A stretch of 64,000 bases of DNA from Candidatus Eiseniibacteriota bacterium (GCA_963776245.1 CAVZLN010000003.1:64001-128000), one strand, 5' to 3'. Counted from the stretch's first letter, positions 50,058 through 61,307 are shown. Made by a program: numbers and translations. Notes: generated from the sequence alone by a model not told the origin.

Positions 50058-53000
50058 TCAGGGCACCACGATGTCGTGGCGGATCGGCTTGCGGAGCTTG
50101 ACGATGCGCCCCTCGTAGGTGGCGCGGGCCGAGCCGTTGCTGGCCTCGAGATGGTAGAAGTAGATCCCGTTCGCAAGCTTGTCTCCCTCCGCGTCGCGGC
50201 CGTCCCAGACCAGCCGGTTGTAGCCGGGGGTCATCTGGGGCTGGAACTGACGGTACACCACGCGGCCGCTCACGGTGTACACGCGCACCAGCACGTCCGC
50301 CGGGCGCCCGCTCTCGAGGGTGAACGAGAAACTCGCGCCCCGCTCGTCGTCCAGCGGATTGGGGAACAGCAGGGCGTTGGAGATCCGCAGCTCGTTGCCG
50401 CTCACGGTGACGCTGAACGAGTGCCGGCCGCTCGACACGCCGTCGAGGAACAGCTCGACCACGTAGTCGCCGACCGCGAACGGATCGTGCGGCCACGACA
50501 GCACCCACTCGCGCCCCGACGGGTCGCTGGCCGCGGGCGTGGGGGTGACGGTCTGCGCGACGCCGTTCACCCGCACCACGAAGGAGTTCGCCGGATCGAG
50601 GACGGGCGCCGGCGAGGCCACGTCGAGGGTGAGCACCGCCGCGGGCGGCAGCTTGTCGCCGTCCGCCACCTGCGAGCCCGAGGACCGCAGCCGGGTCTCG
50701 AACGGGAGCACCACGTCGAACACGGAGGCCACGTTCTGGCGGTCGGTGCTCCGGAAGGTGTAGATGGTCGAGCGCGCGGTGAGCGTGTCGCGATAGGTGA
50801 CGCGGTAGCGCCGCCCGCCGAGCCCGCCGCGCGCGGTGTCGGGGAACGCGGGCGAGATGTCGTAGCGCGCCGGGTCGAGCGTGTCACGCACCCCCGCCAC
50901 CTGGCGTTCGACCTGGAGCTTCACCAGCGCCTGGTTCGAGATCAGATCGGCGACCACGCGCACGGTGTCGCCGGGCGTGTGCAGCTTCACCCCGACACCC
51001 GAGACCACCGCGAGGTCGTTGGCGGTCACGAACGACTGGGGCGTCGCGATCGAGATGCGCGTCGCCGGGTCGCCGAGCAGCTCGTAGGTGATGCCCACGT
51101 CGCGCTCGTAGGGGTTCCCGCTCACCTGGCGGTACGACTTCATGAGCGCCAGCGCGATGACGTCGCCGAGCACCGGGTGGGCGAACGGGTCGCCGGTCGC
51201 GCGCAGCGCGATCGAGGTGTCGGGCGGCACGCGCGAGAACAGCGCGCGCGCCAGCTCGAGGTTGATGTGGCTGGCCCCCGGCGAGCTCGACGGGACGATC
51301 TCGTAGCCGGTCGAGGCCCACGACGCGATGGCGCCCTTCGAGGGCACCACCACCAGTTCCTCGCCGATGCACGGGCCTTCTTCGGGGTTGTACTCCCAGC
51401 GGCGCGAGAAGTTGTTCGCGTGGCAGGAGAAGGCCGAGAACAGGAACGGCTTGCCGTCGTTCGCCAGCTCGGTCCAGTCGCCGCCGACGCCGCGGGTGTA
51501 GTACAGGTTCTCGTGCGTGAGCACGCCCTCGTTGGCGTGGCCCTGGTAGTTCCACCACAGCTTGCCCGCGCTCAGGCGGGTGCGCAGCTTGGGCCACACC
51601 GTCGCCCGGGTGTGGGTCTGGGTCGCGCCCCGGTCGGGCCGGCAGGTGTCGCCCAGGGAAGGCACCACCACGGCCTCTCCCGCGAGGTACTGCTGCAGGT
51701 CGAACACCTCGGCGCTGGATCGCGCGAGCCCGGCTTCGGTCAGGATGATGTCGCGGACGCGCTGATTGAGGGTGGAGAACACCGCCTCGTAGGCGTGCCG
51801 GCAGTAGGTCGGAGTGCTGGCGAGGTCGCCGAACCCGACGCCCGAGTACAGGTCGTCGGCGAGCAGCGTCATCTCGCTGCGCCAGGTCTGGTCCGGCGCC
51901 ACCACTTCGTAGGCCGCGAGCTTCTGCGCGACCGCCGCGGCCTCTGCCGCGCCGTTCACCGGCAGCCGCCCGACGAACACGTCGTGGAGCTTGGGCGCCC
52001 GCGTCGGATCGGTGCACGCCGGGTCCACGCACCAGCCGTACCACGCGTCGCTCGGCACGGTCTCGAGCGCGGTCTCGCCGGAGAATGTCACCGCGATCGG
52101 GCTCTGGATCATCATGGTGGGGAGCCACTCGTGGCTCGAGGTGCCGAACTTGTTCTGCGGGTCCTCGCCGCCCGCGTCCCCCATCAGCGTGACGTAGCGC
52201 GTGCCCCAGTTGGCGTAGGCGTACTTGATGAACCGCTTCACGGCATACGCCGAGGGACGCCCGCCGTTGAACTCGTCCTTGATGGACTCGTACGTGGCCA
52301 CCCGCACGTCGAGCCCCTGGGCGCGGCGCGCCTGCGCCAGCGGGGCGACCGAGCCCTCCCACGCGGCCGGCACCACCAGCAGGTAGTCGTGCGGGGTCGC
52401 CAGCTCGGTCAGCCGGCCGCGGGTCACCGCCGAGTACGCCTCGGGCGGCGCGAACCGCGGGCTGTCGAACACCACGTACTGGCGCGGCTGGCCGACGCCG
52501 GTGGAGTCCTGGAACTCGACGCTCCAGAGCCCCGCCGAGACGGTGATGCGCGACGGATCGATGTCGAGCCGCGTCGCGGCGGTGGAGTCGGTGACGTCCC
52601 ACACCTCGATCGCGTTGCTGCCGAAGCCGCTGGCCTTCACCTGATAGACGTCCGCGGCGCCGCCGCTGCCGCACGGCAGGTAGCCGCGGATGGGGCGGTA
52701 GGCGCGCCACAGCGTGACCTCGAAGTAATTGAGCGCGACCACCGCGCCCGGGTTGAGGCTCGGATCGGGCGGGCGATCGACGTTGCGGGCCCAGGCCGCG
52801 AGCGCGTTGGCGCCCTCGGTGAGCGCGGAGCCCGTCACGGTGCCCGACAGCGTGGCCGCCACCTTGCCGGTCCACCCCAGCGAATCCCCGACCGTGGTCC
52901 GCACCCCGAGGCCGTTGCGCACCGCGACCGAGACGTAGCGTCCGAGCGGCCGGCGGCCGATGAACTGGCCCTCGATGAGCACCCGCTGCGTGGTGTCGAG

Positions 53001-54290
53001 GTCGCTGGCGGTGATCGCGTAGGCGTCGGGGCGGTTGTAGTACGCCAGCACCGTGACCCAGTGGAACGGGTCCACCGTGGTGTCGGGCACGAACGCGAAG
53101 TAGTCGCGGTAGTCGGCCGAGTCCTGCTCGTAGTGGAGGGTCTGCGGGTAGGAGGCCAGCGGCGTGAGCCCGGCGGCGCCGCGCCATCCGGGCGACGGGC
53201 CGACCCGCAAGCCGGCCCGCGTGGTGAGCCGCGTCACGTAGACGTAGTCGGCATCGCCCCACATGCGCTGCCAGATCGAGGGCCGTGCGCGCTTCCCCCA
53301 GCTCTGCGCATACACGTAGATCAGGTCGCCGGAGTCGAACTTGCCGTTGCCGTTGCCGTCCTTCACCTCGCACGGCAGCTCGATCGTGACGTAGGGCGGC
53401 GTGGTGTTCTCCACGAACTCGTGGCGGTGCACGCTCACGTCGGCGATCGGCACATCCGCCGGGAAGCCCTGCAGGAACAGGTCGTCGTAGTTGAGGGCGA
53501 ACACCGAGGTGGAGTCCACCTTCACCCGCACCTCGGGCTGGTCCTCGTCGAACCCGAACGCTCCCGCCGCCGGCGCCGCGGCGAAGCTCGCGGAACGCGC
53601 CGGCGTGCGCCCCATGCGGAAGCGGCGGCCCTGCTCGGCGTTCAGGAGCGCGCCGTCGAGCGTGCCGTCCGGGCGCACGTCCTCCAGCAACGGCGCCCCG
53701 AGGGCGGTGGCCGCGCGGCCGCCGGTGAACGTGACACGCACCGTGATCGAGCGCCGGGCCCACAGCCGGCCGCTGGCCTCGTCGTAGCGGAACGGCGACA
53801 CGCGCACCGCCACCATGCGCTGGCGGCGCACCACGAACGGTTCGCCGACCTCGAGCGGGGAGCGCGGCCACGGTCCGTCGAGGATCGCGGGCACCTCCTC
53901 GAGCGTGGGCTGGGTGCCGAGCCCGTCCTCGTCGCGCTGCCATCCCGGTCGCCCGCCGGGCACCAGCGCGACGCCCTCGCGCACCTCCTCGTCGCCGGTG
54001 GCGATCACCACCGCGTCGGCGCGCGCGCCCGGCGGCAGCGCGATCAGCGTGCTGGCGGCGGGCAGCAGCGGCCGGCCGGGCTCGTCGTACCCCTCGAGGC
54101 CGTCCGCTTCGATGCGCGAGCGCCGGGCGAGCGAGTCGGGGACCAGCCGCCACCCGGCCAGTTCCACGCGGAAGGTGACCCCGCGGTCGTCCGACGCCAC
54201 CAGCCGCAGGGCCTCGGCGCGCGCGCACGGCGCGGCCAGGCTCAGGACGAGGGTGGCGGAGAGGGCGAGGGATCGGAGGCGAGCGCGCAT
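50058..54290 (-). CDS. C25 (gingipain/PorU-like) cysteine peptidase with propeptide and FlgD-Ig C-terminus
   Basis: Signal peptide; DEFNGG, LMGDA, VGRLPV, NYQGH (His), FSCH (Cys), LLGDPA; C-term WDGRDAEGDKLANGIYFY. Confidence 0.85.
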   Translation of the reverse strand: MRARLRSLALSATLVLSLAAPCARAEALRLVASDDRGVTFRVELAGWRLVPDSLARRSRIEADGLEGYDEPGRPLLPAASTLIALPPGARADAVVIATGDEEVREGVALVPGGRPGWQRDEDGLGTQPTLEEVPAILDGPWPRSPLEVGEPFVVRRQRMVAVRVSPFRYDEASGRLWARRSITVRVTFTGGRAATALGAPLLEDVRPDGTLDGALLNAEQGRRFRMGRTPARSASFAAAPAAGAFGFDEDQPEVRVKVDSTSVFALNYDDLFLQGFPADVPIADVSVHRHEFVENTTPPYVTIELPCEVKDGNGNGKFDSGDLIYVYAQSWGKRARPSIWQRMWGDADYVYVTRLTTRAGLRVGPSPGWRGAAGLTPLASYPQTLHYEQDSADYRDYFAFVPDTTVDPFHWVTVLAYYNRPDAYAITASDLDTTQRVLIEGQFIGRRPLGRYVSVAVRNGLGVRTTVGDSLGWTGKVAATLSGTVTGSALTEGANALAAWARNVDRPPDPSLNPGAVVALNYFEVTLWRAYRPIRGYLPCGSGGAADVYQVKASGFGSNAIEVWDVTDSTAATRLDIDPSRITVSAGLWSVEFQDSTGVGQPRQYVVFDSPRFAPPEAYSAVTRGRLTELATPHDYLLVVPAAWEGSVAPLAQARRAQGLDVRVATYESIKDEFNGGRPSAYAVKRFIKYAYANWGTRYVTLMGDAGGEDPQNKFGTSSHEWLPTMMIQSPIAVTFSGETALETVPSDAWYGWCVDPACTDPTRAPKLHDVFVGRLPVNGAAEAAAVAQKLAAYEVVAPDQTWRSEMTLLADDLYSGVGFGDLASTPTYCRHAYEAVFSTLNQRVRDIILTEAGLARSSAEVFDLQQYLAGEAVVVPSLGDTCRPDRGATQTHTRATVWPKLRTRLSAGKLWWNYQGHANEGVLTHENLYYTRGVGGDWTELANDGKPFLFSAFSCHANNFSRRWEYNPEEGPCIGEELVVVPSKGAIASWASTGYEIVPSSSPGASHINLELARALFSRVPPDTSIALRATGDPFAHPVLGDVIALALMKSYRQVSGNPYERDVGITYELLGDPATRISIATPQSFVTANDLAVVSGVGVKLHTPGDTVRVVADLISNQALVKLQVERQVAGVRDTLDPARYDISPAFPDTARGGLGGRRYRVTYRDTLTARSTIYTFRSTDRQNVASVFDVVLPFETRLRSSGSQVADGDKLPPAAVLTLDVASPAPVLDPANSFVVRVNGVAQTVTPTPAASDPSGREWVLSWPHDPFAVGDYVVELFLDGVSSGRHSFSVTVSGNELRISNALLFPNPLDDERGASFSFTLESGRPADVLVRVYTVSGRVVYRQFQPQMTPGYNRLVWDGRDAEGDKLANGIYFYHLEASNGSARATYEGRIVKLRKPIRHDIVVP

Positions 54291-54300
54291 GAAGGTCCGC

Positions 54301-54330
54301 AGTCTAGGGAGGCGTGAGGAACCCGGTCAA
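54301..54330 (-). promoter_or_regulatory. Sigma70-type promoter of C25 peptidase gene (near-leaderless)
   Basis: TTGACC-N18-TAGACT, 10 nt upstream of ATG. Confidence 0.7.
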
Positions 54331-54477
54331 GGACAGCGGCCGGGCGGAGTGTCGTGGCGCGGCGCGTGCCCGCGCCGGGCTCGTCGCGCGAGCCGTGCGC
54401 GCGCCGTCGCATGCCGCCTCGGGCGCTCTGCTAGAATGCCGCGCTTCGAGTCCCTCGCGCCCTTCGGAGGCTTCGGC

Positions 54478-55851
54478 ATGCGGCCCGTCGTGATCTTCCT
54501 CCTGCCGGCACTGGCGTTGGCCGCGTCACTCGCGGCCACCGGGGGCCCCGGCGCGGCGCCGCGGTCGGACGCACTCCGCGGCGGGCCGATGCCGGACAGC
54601 GTGCTGGCCTGGATCGGTTCCCGCCGCGAGGTGTCGCTCACCGCATTCCGTGAAGCCTGGAGGCTGGTCGCTCCTCCATCGCGACCTGACTCTCTGACCC
54701 CGCAGGGGGCCCGCCGGTTCCTCGAACTGCTGATCGACCGGGAGGCGCTGGCCGAATGGGCGCTCCGGGAGCCACCGGAGTGGACCGCAGAGGACAGCGC
54801 CGGGATGCAGGGCCTGCGCGACCAGCTCACCCTGCGGGCCACCCTCGACTCCACACTGGCCACCACGCGCGCCCGGCTGGGGGCGGCGGGGGACACCACC
54901 CGGGACCCCCAGGCCGTGGGCGTGGCGGCGCGGGAGAGCCTGCTGGCGCGACTCGACCCGCGGTGGGACGAGGAGGGGCTCGAACGGCTGGCGGCGGCGT
55001 TCGGCGACCTGCCCCGGCCCACCGCCGATTCGAGCGTGGGGGCCCAGCTCCGCATGGCCGCGGCGCTGCCGCGCTGCTCCCCCGCCGACAGCGCGCGGGT
55101 GCTGGTGACCACCACCGCGGGCCCGTACCGCACCGGAGAGCTGCTGGCGTGGTGGGCGCGGCTCGACCCGCTGGTGCGCCCGCGCATCGCGACCGGCGCG
55201 CAGGTGCGCGACCTGGCGGCGAACGCGCTGTTCGAGCGGGCGCTGCGGAGCGCCGCCACGCGCGAGGGCCTCGAGCGGCGCCCCGACATCGCCGCCGCGC
55301 TGGCGCGCCAGCGCGAGCTCATCGCCGTGCGGCACCTGGTGGCGCGCGAGGTGGTCGGGCGCATCGCGCTGGATTCGGCGACGGTGCGCCGCCACTACGA
55401 CCGGCACACGGCGGACTTCGGGCTGCCGCTGCGCGTGCGCGTCATGCGGCTGGTGCTCGACGACCGCCGCGGCGCCACCGAGATGGCGCTGCAACTGCGC
55501 TCCGAAGCCAGCGCCGAGAGCCTGCTGGCGCGCGCCGCGCGCCGCCGGGTGCGCTACGACGAGGAACTGACCGCCGCGCGCGACTCGGCGCTGTGCGCGC
55601 GCGCGCTGCGCGCCGGGACCCGGCGCCGTGCTGGGGCCCGACGAGACTCCGTCGGGATGGCAGGTGGTGCGGGTGCGCGCGGTGCTGCCGGCGCGCCGGC
55701 TGATCCTTCGAGGAGGCGCGCGCACAGGTGGAGGACGACTGGTACACGCGCGAGAGCGAGCGCCTGATGGCCGGACTGCTCGAGCGCTGCCGGCGCGCGA
55801 TGGCGGTCCGCGTCAACCCGCGGGCGCTGCGAGTCTTGACCTCGCCCGTGA
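54478..55851 (+). CDS. SurA/PrsA-like exported chaperone, frameshifted near 55620 and 55710; end uncertain
   Basis: GGAGG RBS, signal peptide, FLELLIDRE.LA, GP.ETPSGWQVVRV in shifted frame. Confidence 0.6.
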
Positions 55852-55911
55852 CGCAACCTTTCGAGCGCTCCACGCGCTCCGTGGGACGGCACACCCTCGA
55901 GCGGGCGTTTC

Positions 55912-55941
55912 TTGACGCCCTTCGCGGGCGCTACGTAGACT
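55912..55941 (+). promoter_or_regulatory. Sigma70-type promoter
   Basis: TTGACG-N18-TAGACT upstream of 55991. Confidence 0.6.
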
Positions 55942-55990
55942 CGTACGCTCATCCACCTTCCCATCCCCCTGGTTCGGCCCCGGAGATCCC

Positions 55991-57781
55991 ATGCACCCTC
56001 GCCTCCGCCTCATCCCCGTCCTCGGACTCGCTCTCGGCGTCGTGGTCTCCGCCAGCGGGCGGGCGGCCCCTCCGGGCGGGATCGCCCCGCGGACCGAGAG
56101 CGACCCGCAGGTCATCTCGAGCGCCGCGCCCCGGGAGGGAGCGCCGCTGGCCGACACCGTGACGCTGGCCCGCGTGGGCGATCGGATCACGCGCGTGCGC
56201 GATTTCACGTTCTACTGGTTCAACGCCTGGCCGCCGGATCTCCCCGAGCCGGACAGCGCGGGCCGCGCCGAGTTCCTCGCCAGCATCGTGAGCCGTGACC
56301 TGATGGCCCTCGAGGCCGCGCGGCTGGGTATCCCGGTCACCTTCGAGGACCGGCTGGCGATCCGCGAATATCGGCAGCGCATGCTCGGCAACATCCTCTA
56401 CCGCCGCGTGGTGGTGGATTCGGTGCGGGTCTCGCGAGGAGGACGTCAAGCGGCACTGGGAGTCCTTCCGCTACGAGGTGCGCGCCAGCCACATCCTGTT
56501 CCGCGACGAGGAAACTGCGCAGCAGGTGCGCGCCGACCTGCTGGCGCACAGCTGACGTGGGAAGAGGCGGTCACCCGGTACTCGCTCGACGACTCGACCC
56601 GCGCCGACGCGGGAAGCCTCGGCTGGCTCACCTACGGCGCGCGTCGGCACGAGCATCGCGATCGACATCTTCCCGCTCGACGCCGGGGACGCTTTCGCCG
56701 GTGTTCCGGGACGACGATGGCTTCCACATCGCGCGCGTGGACGGAGCGCCGGCCGGCACGTGCTCCCGACTTCAACTCGACCCGCGCGCTGGTCCGCATG
56801 TACCTCGAGCAGCACCAGACCGCCGTGCGTCTCGACGCGCTGCACGACGTGATGCGGCGGCGCATCCATCTCACCTACGACGACGCCAACTGCGCGTGGG
56901 CGAGGCGCCAGTTCGTCAGAGTCTTCGAGGTCACCCGCGGCGCGCTCGGCACCCAACTGGCGTTCAACGACATCGTCCCGGAGTTCCTGCCGGAGGACAC
57001 CTCCCGGGTGCTCGCGCGCTTCGATGGCGGCACGCTCTCGCTCGGGCAGTTCGTGACGAAGTACTCGGAGGTGCAGACCGACGGCGCGGCCGGATGTCTC
57101 GTCGCCGGGGCTGTTCCGGCGCGCCGTCGACAGCTTCATCCTCGAGCCCGCGATGGCCGAGGAGGCGCTGCTGCGCGGCCTCGAGAACGATCCGGTCTCG
57201 GTGAAGCACCTGCGCATCAAGCACGAGGAACTCGCGGTCGGCATCTCTACCAGGATTCGGTCTCGCGCAGGTCTCGCTGACGCCGAAGGAGCGGCGGAAG
57301 TTCTACGAGAAGAACCTGGACGGCCTACATCACGTTCCCATCGGTGCGCTACGCCTGTTCGGGCTGCAAGGAACAGGCGGCTCGCCGACACGCTCGCGGC
57401 GGCGCTGAGGGCCGGCGAGTCGGCCGAGCGCGTCATCGCCGACTCCCTCTACGGCTGGTCGGTGGGCTCGGTGCAGCGCGGCGCCAGAGCGAGCGCGGGG
57501 CGTGTACAAGCTGTCTGTTCGAGACCCTGCGACCGGGGCAGGTCGAGGTGCAGGGGCCGAACAAGGACGGGGGCTGGGCGGTGGTGCAGTCGCTCAGTTA
57601 CGACCCGGGCCGCCAGCTCAGCTACGAGGAGGCCGCCAACTACGTGGACGAGAACCTGCAGAAGATCCGCGGCGAGGAGCAGCTGGCGGCGTTCTCCAAG
57701 CGGCTGATGAAGCGCTATCCGACCTGGAGCCACCCCGAGCTCGTGATGCGCATCCGACTGGTGGACCCGGAGCAATTCTAG
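55991..57781 (+). CDS. Parvulin-type peptidyl-prolyl isomerase (SurA/PrsA-like), multiple frameshifts
   Basis: Pieces across frames: EVRASHILF, RYSLD...AGSLGW, SPVFRDDDGFHI, LRPGQV..GP..GWAVV. Confidence 0.72.
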
Positions 57782-57833
57782 GCGCCGCCGGAGCGCCCCG
57801 CTCGCGGCGCCGGCGCCGACCGCGCGGCCCGCG

Positions 57834-58580
57834 CTAGCGCGTGATCGGCCGCGGAGACCACGGCTTTACCCGGGCCCCGCTCCACGCGGCGCAGACGCCA
57901 TCCACCGGCGCGTGGAGTCCGACGAAGCGCTCGCCGCGGGTCACGGTGGGCTCGTAGGCCAGGCTCCACGCCAGCGTCCCGGTGACCCACTCGACGCACA
58001 GCGGCTGCGCACACGCCGCGTCCCGCGGTGGCGGACGGTGCACCAGCACCGTCGCGAGCACGTACGTCTGGCCCGCCCGCACCGGCGTCGCCGCGGTGCT
58101 CGCCACCGCGAAGATCATCCGCAGCCGTGCCCCGCCCGGGACCAGGTCGCTCTTCTGGAGCCCGATCCCGGGGACCGGGAACGGGGTCGCCGCGCCCGCC
58201 ATGGAGTCCGGCGCGAAACGCGCCACGAATTGCCTGAGGTCGCCACCGCGCTGGGTCGCGCGCCAGTAGTCCGCGAGCGAGTCGGGCGCGGTCGGGCGGA
58301 ATCGCAGCTCGGCTTCGAACGCGTAGAGCGTGGGGGAATCCTGGCCCGGCACCATGCACAGGTAGAGCGTGTCGGTGGCGGCGGTGTCGCCGCACGCGCC
58401 CAGCAGTGAAGCGGTGGCGCGCGGTTGTCCCGGGGGCGCGTTCCACGACAGCGTCACGCGCGCGCCAGTGGTGTCGGGTCCCGCGCTGGCGCGTGCCACG
58501 GCGGCGCCCGCGATCAACATGGCGAAGACGAGGGCGGCCGCCTTAGCGGCCCGAACGGGCATGCAATAGGGTTCCGTCAT
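57834..58580 (-). CDS. Exported hypothetical protein, distant relative of upstream Cys-rich paralogs, without WG tail
   Basis: ATGA coupling; signal peptide; LSWNAP...C...DTLYLC; CAQPLC. Confidence 0.7.
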   Translation of the reverse strand: MTEPYCMPVRAAKAAALVFAMLIAGAAVARASAGPDTTGARVTLSWNAPPGQPRATASLLGACGDTAATDTLYLCMVPGQDSPTLYAFEAELRFRPTAPDSLADYWRATQRGGDLRQFVARFAPDSMAGAATPFPVPGIGLQKSDLVPGGARLRMIFAVASTAATPVRAGQTYVLATVLVHRPPPRDAACAQPLCVEWVTGTLAWSLAYEPTVTRGERFVGLHAPVDGVCAAWSGARVKPWSPRPITR

Positions 58581-59356
58581 CGGTAGAGCACCTTGATCCG
58601 TCCCCAACTGGAGGGCCGGGCCGGGACCGTGAGACAGTCCGCGCCCACACCGCCCTGCCAGGTCGCGAAATTCTCGTGGGCGCCGCCGTCCCCCGAGATC
58701 AGCACGTCGGCGGCGCCGGGCAGGCGCCGCAGCCACATCGAATTCAGCACCAGGCATGCTGGAACCTCGCAATCCGCGCAGTTCCCCATCCGAGCGATGC
58801 CGAGATCGAATTGTATCGCATTGTAGGGAATTCCGGCTTCGAACGCACGCGCTTGCGTCGAGGCCACGGTCGCGACCGCACGGATGCGCAGCATGGAGGC
58901 GAGTCCGCGCGGCTGCCCCGGGATGGCATCCACGATGATGGCGCTCCCCAGACCGTTCCATGCATCCGCGCATGCTCCCGGCGCCGGGAAGGACGGCACC
59001 AGGCCGCCTTGGTTGCACCCGCCGGCGCCCAGTTGCCAGAAGGCCGGCAACGGCGACGCCGCGCTCTGCAGATCGAGCACGAATTCGGCGCCGATCACGC
59101 TGTCGATCGGCGCCGCGAGCTGGAACGAGCACACCAGGTAGCGGTGCGCCGATATGTCCGCGCATCCCTGCACCGCGTCCGCCGTGCCGCCCTCGACGCG
59201 GCATCCGTCCCAGGCCAGCATCAGGCGGTCGGCGGCGCGCGCACTCGCGCAGGTGCCGCACCCGACCGCCAGCGCCAGCACCCATGTCACTCCGACACCA
59301 CGAGGCACCCACGCGCGAGCGGGGTGCCTCGTGGATGCCGAATGCGGCTTCGACAC
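58577..59356 (-). CDS. Exported Cys-rich protein with C-terminal WGxxKxLYR motif
   Basis: TAGTG coupling to upstream gene (alternative start 59290); LAWDGC, WQLGAGGC, CADC..PAC; ends SSWGRIKVLYR. Confidence 0.8.
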   Translation of the reverse strand: MSKPHSASTRHPARAWVPRGVGVTWVLALAVGCGTCASARAADRLMLAWDGCRVEGGTADAVQGCADISAHRYLVCSFQLAAPIDSVIGAEFVLDLQSAASPLPAFWQLGAGGCNQGGLVPSFPAPGACADAWNGLGSAIIVDAIPGQPRGLASMLRIRAVATVASTQARAFEAGIPYNAIQFDLGIARMGNCADCEVPACLVLNSMWLRRLPGAADVLISGDGGAHENFATWQGGVGADCLTVPARPSSWGRIKVLYR

Positions 59357-60141
59357 TAGCGGTAGAGGCTCTTGATCTGACCCCAGGTCCGGCTGCGCAC
59401 CGGAACCGTGGCGCAATCCGCCACGGTCTGGCCCGAGAGGAGTGCACTACCGGCGGACGCCGGGAGGTTGTACACCGGGTCGCCCCCAGGACTACCGGAC
59501 GGCTGGTTGAGCTTGACCCACTTGAGCATCATGCACGCCTGCGCGTCGCAGCCCGCGCAGGAACCCGTGCCGGTGCTCTTGGTCTTGTTCATCACCAGCG
59601 AGTAGAGGAAGATCTCGTCGCCCACGTTCGGGGGCGGGGTGAGCAGCGCGAGGTCGTAATCCACGGCCGAGACGAAGCGCATGCGGACGCGGTTGCCGTC
59701 GATCTCGCCATTCGGGTCGCCGATCGCGGGATCCGGGCCGATCTGGTAGGAGTTGACACCCAGCACCGTGCTGACGCCGCCGAAGTAGTCGATGCACGAG
59801 TACAGGCCGCCGTTGTACCCCACGGCCAGCGCGTTGGAGGCGCGGCAGGTCCCGCCCAACTTCCACCATTCGGGCACCAGGGTCGCGAACGCGAACTCGA
59901 CCATGCTTTCCTCGGCCACCAGCGTGGTGAGCGAACCCGCAGCATTGATCACCACGGACGCGACGGCGGTGAAGGCGGCGCCGCCGTTGGACGTGCAGGT
60001 CCAGGTCGCGAGTTGGGCGCCACCGCAATCGGTGGAGGCCAGCTTCAAGCCCGGAACGTCCACCGCCTGCGCCGGCGACACCATCGAGATGCTCGCCAGC
60101 ATGCTACCGAAGACCACCAACACGAGAAGCAGTCGCTTCAT
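59356..60141 (-). CDS. Exported Cys-rich protein with C-terminal WGxxKxLYR motif
   Basis: GGAGG RBS; signal peptide; ends RTWGQIKSLYR. Confidence 0.88.
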   Translation of the reverse strand: MKRLLLVLVVFGSMLASISMVSPAQAVDVPGLKLASTDCGGAQLATWTCTSNGGAAFTAVASVVINAAGSLTTLVAEESMVEFAFATLVPEWWKLGGTCRASNALAVGYNGGLYSCIDYFGGVSTVLGVNSYQIGPDPAIGDPNGEIDGNRVRMRFVSAVDYDLALLTPPPNVGDEIFLYSLVMNKTKSTGTGSCAGCDAQACMMLKWVKLNQPSGSPGGDPVYNLPASAGSALLSGQTVADCATVPVRSRTWGQIKSLYR

Positions 60142-60339
60142 GATTCGGACCTCCCTTTCCCTAGAGTGACGGCATTCGGCACGAGCGCACCCGGCCGGAG
60201 AGATGGATGCTCACGCCGAGGTTGACCGCGAGGCTCTTGCCCGGTCCATGGATCGCGGCTGCATCCTAGCGTGTCATCGGCCGGGCGCAAGCGATAATCC
60301 AGTCGCCCGTGGGGGCGGCGCCAGCGGCCACAAGCGAAG

Positions 60340-60368
60340 CGGGGGGGCCGGCGACCGCCGCCCCCCCG
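60340..60368 (-). terminator. Hairpin downstream of 60400..61167
   Basis: G7/C7 stem followed on minus strand by CTTCGCTT. Confidence 0.55.
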
Positions 60369-60399
60369 AACGCGTTCGTTGCAGAGACTTGACAGCGAC

Positions 60400-61167
60400 C
60401 TACCGGTACAGCGACTTGATCTGGCCCCAGCTGCTGCGGGTCGCAGGAGTGGACAGCGGGCAAGTCGGATCGATCGAACCGTTGAAGCACGTGTAACCGA
60501 CGTCGTTCACGTCGGGAAGGCCCATCACCGGGTCACCACCAGGAGTGCCCGACGGCTGGTTGAGCTTGACGTTCCTGAGCACCATCGCGACCTTGGCGTT
60601 GCAGCCCGCGCAGGCACCAACGCCGGCGCTCTTGGTCTTGTTCATCACCAGCGAGTACAGGAAGATCTCGTCGCCCATGGCCGGCGGCGGCGTGAGGAGC
60701 GCGAGGTCGTAATCCACGGCCGAGACGAAGCGCATACGGACACGCTTGTCGTCGATCGGGCCGTTCGGGTCGCCGACTCCGGGATCCGGGCCGATCTGGT
60801 ACGAGTTGACTCCCAGCACCGTGCTGACACCGCCGAAGTAGTCGATGCACGAGTACAGGCCACCGTTATACCCCACGGCCAGCGCGTTGGCGGCGCGGCA
60901 GCCACCGCCCAGCTTCCACCAGTCGGGCACCGGAACCTCGAACCCGATCTCGACCACACTCTCCTCGGCCACCAGCGTCACGACGCCAGCCGGAACGGTC
61001 GCCGAAGCGATCACCGTGAAGGCAGCGCCGCCGTTGGACGTGCAGGTCCAACTGAGCGTCGAGGCACCGCCGCAATCACCGACGGAAAGGTGGAGCCGCG
61101 ACTGAGCGTTGGCAATCGCCGCCGTCATCACGAGAAGGGCGCCACAGAAAAGGAAAACCTTCTTCAT
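60400..61167 (-). CDS. Exported Cys-rich protein with C-terminal WGxxKxLYR motif; close paralog of 59356..60141
   Basis: GGAGG RBS; MKKVFLFCG signal peptide; ends SSWGQIKSLYR. Confidence 0.88.
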   Translation of the reverse strand: MKKVFLFCGALLVMTAAIANAQSRLHLSVGDCGGASTLSWTCTSNGGAAFTVIASATVPAGVVTLVAEESVVEIGFEVPVPDWWKLGGGCRAANALAVGYNGGLYSCIDYFGGVSTVLGVNSYQIGPDPGVGDPNGPIDDKRVRMRFVSAVDYDLALLTPPPAMGDEIFLYSLVMNKTKSAGVGACAGCNAKVAMVLRNVKLNQPSGTPGGDPVMGLPDVNDVGYTCFNGSIDPTCPLSTPATRSSWGQIKSLYR

Positions 61168-61307
61168 TGGAACCTCCAGAATACGCAAGACTAGACAGGG
61201 GGACGATGCGCTACCGAGTTGCTCGATCGGTCTAGTCTCGATATCACCACCTTTCGATTCGATTCCTACATTCGAAGCAAGCGAGAAGCGGCTCTAGAAA
61301 TCCCCGA

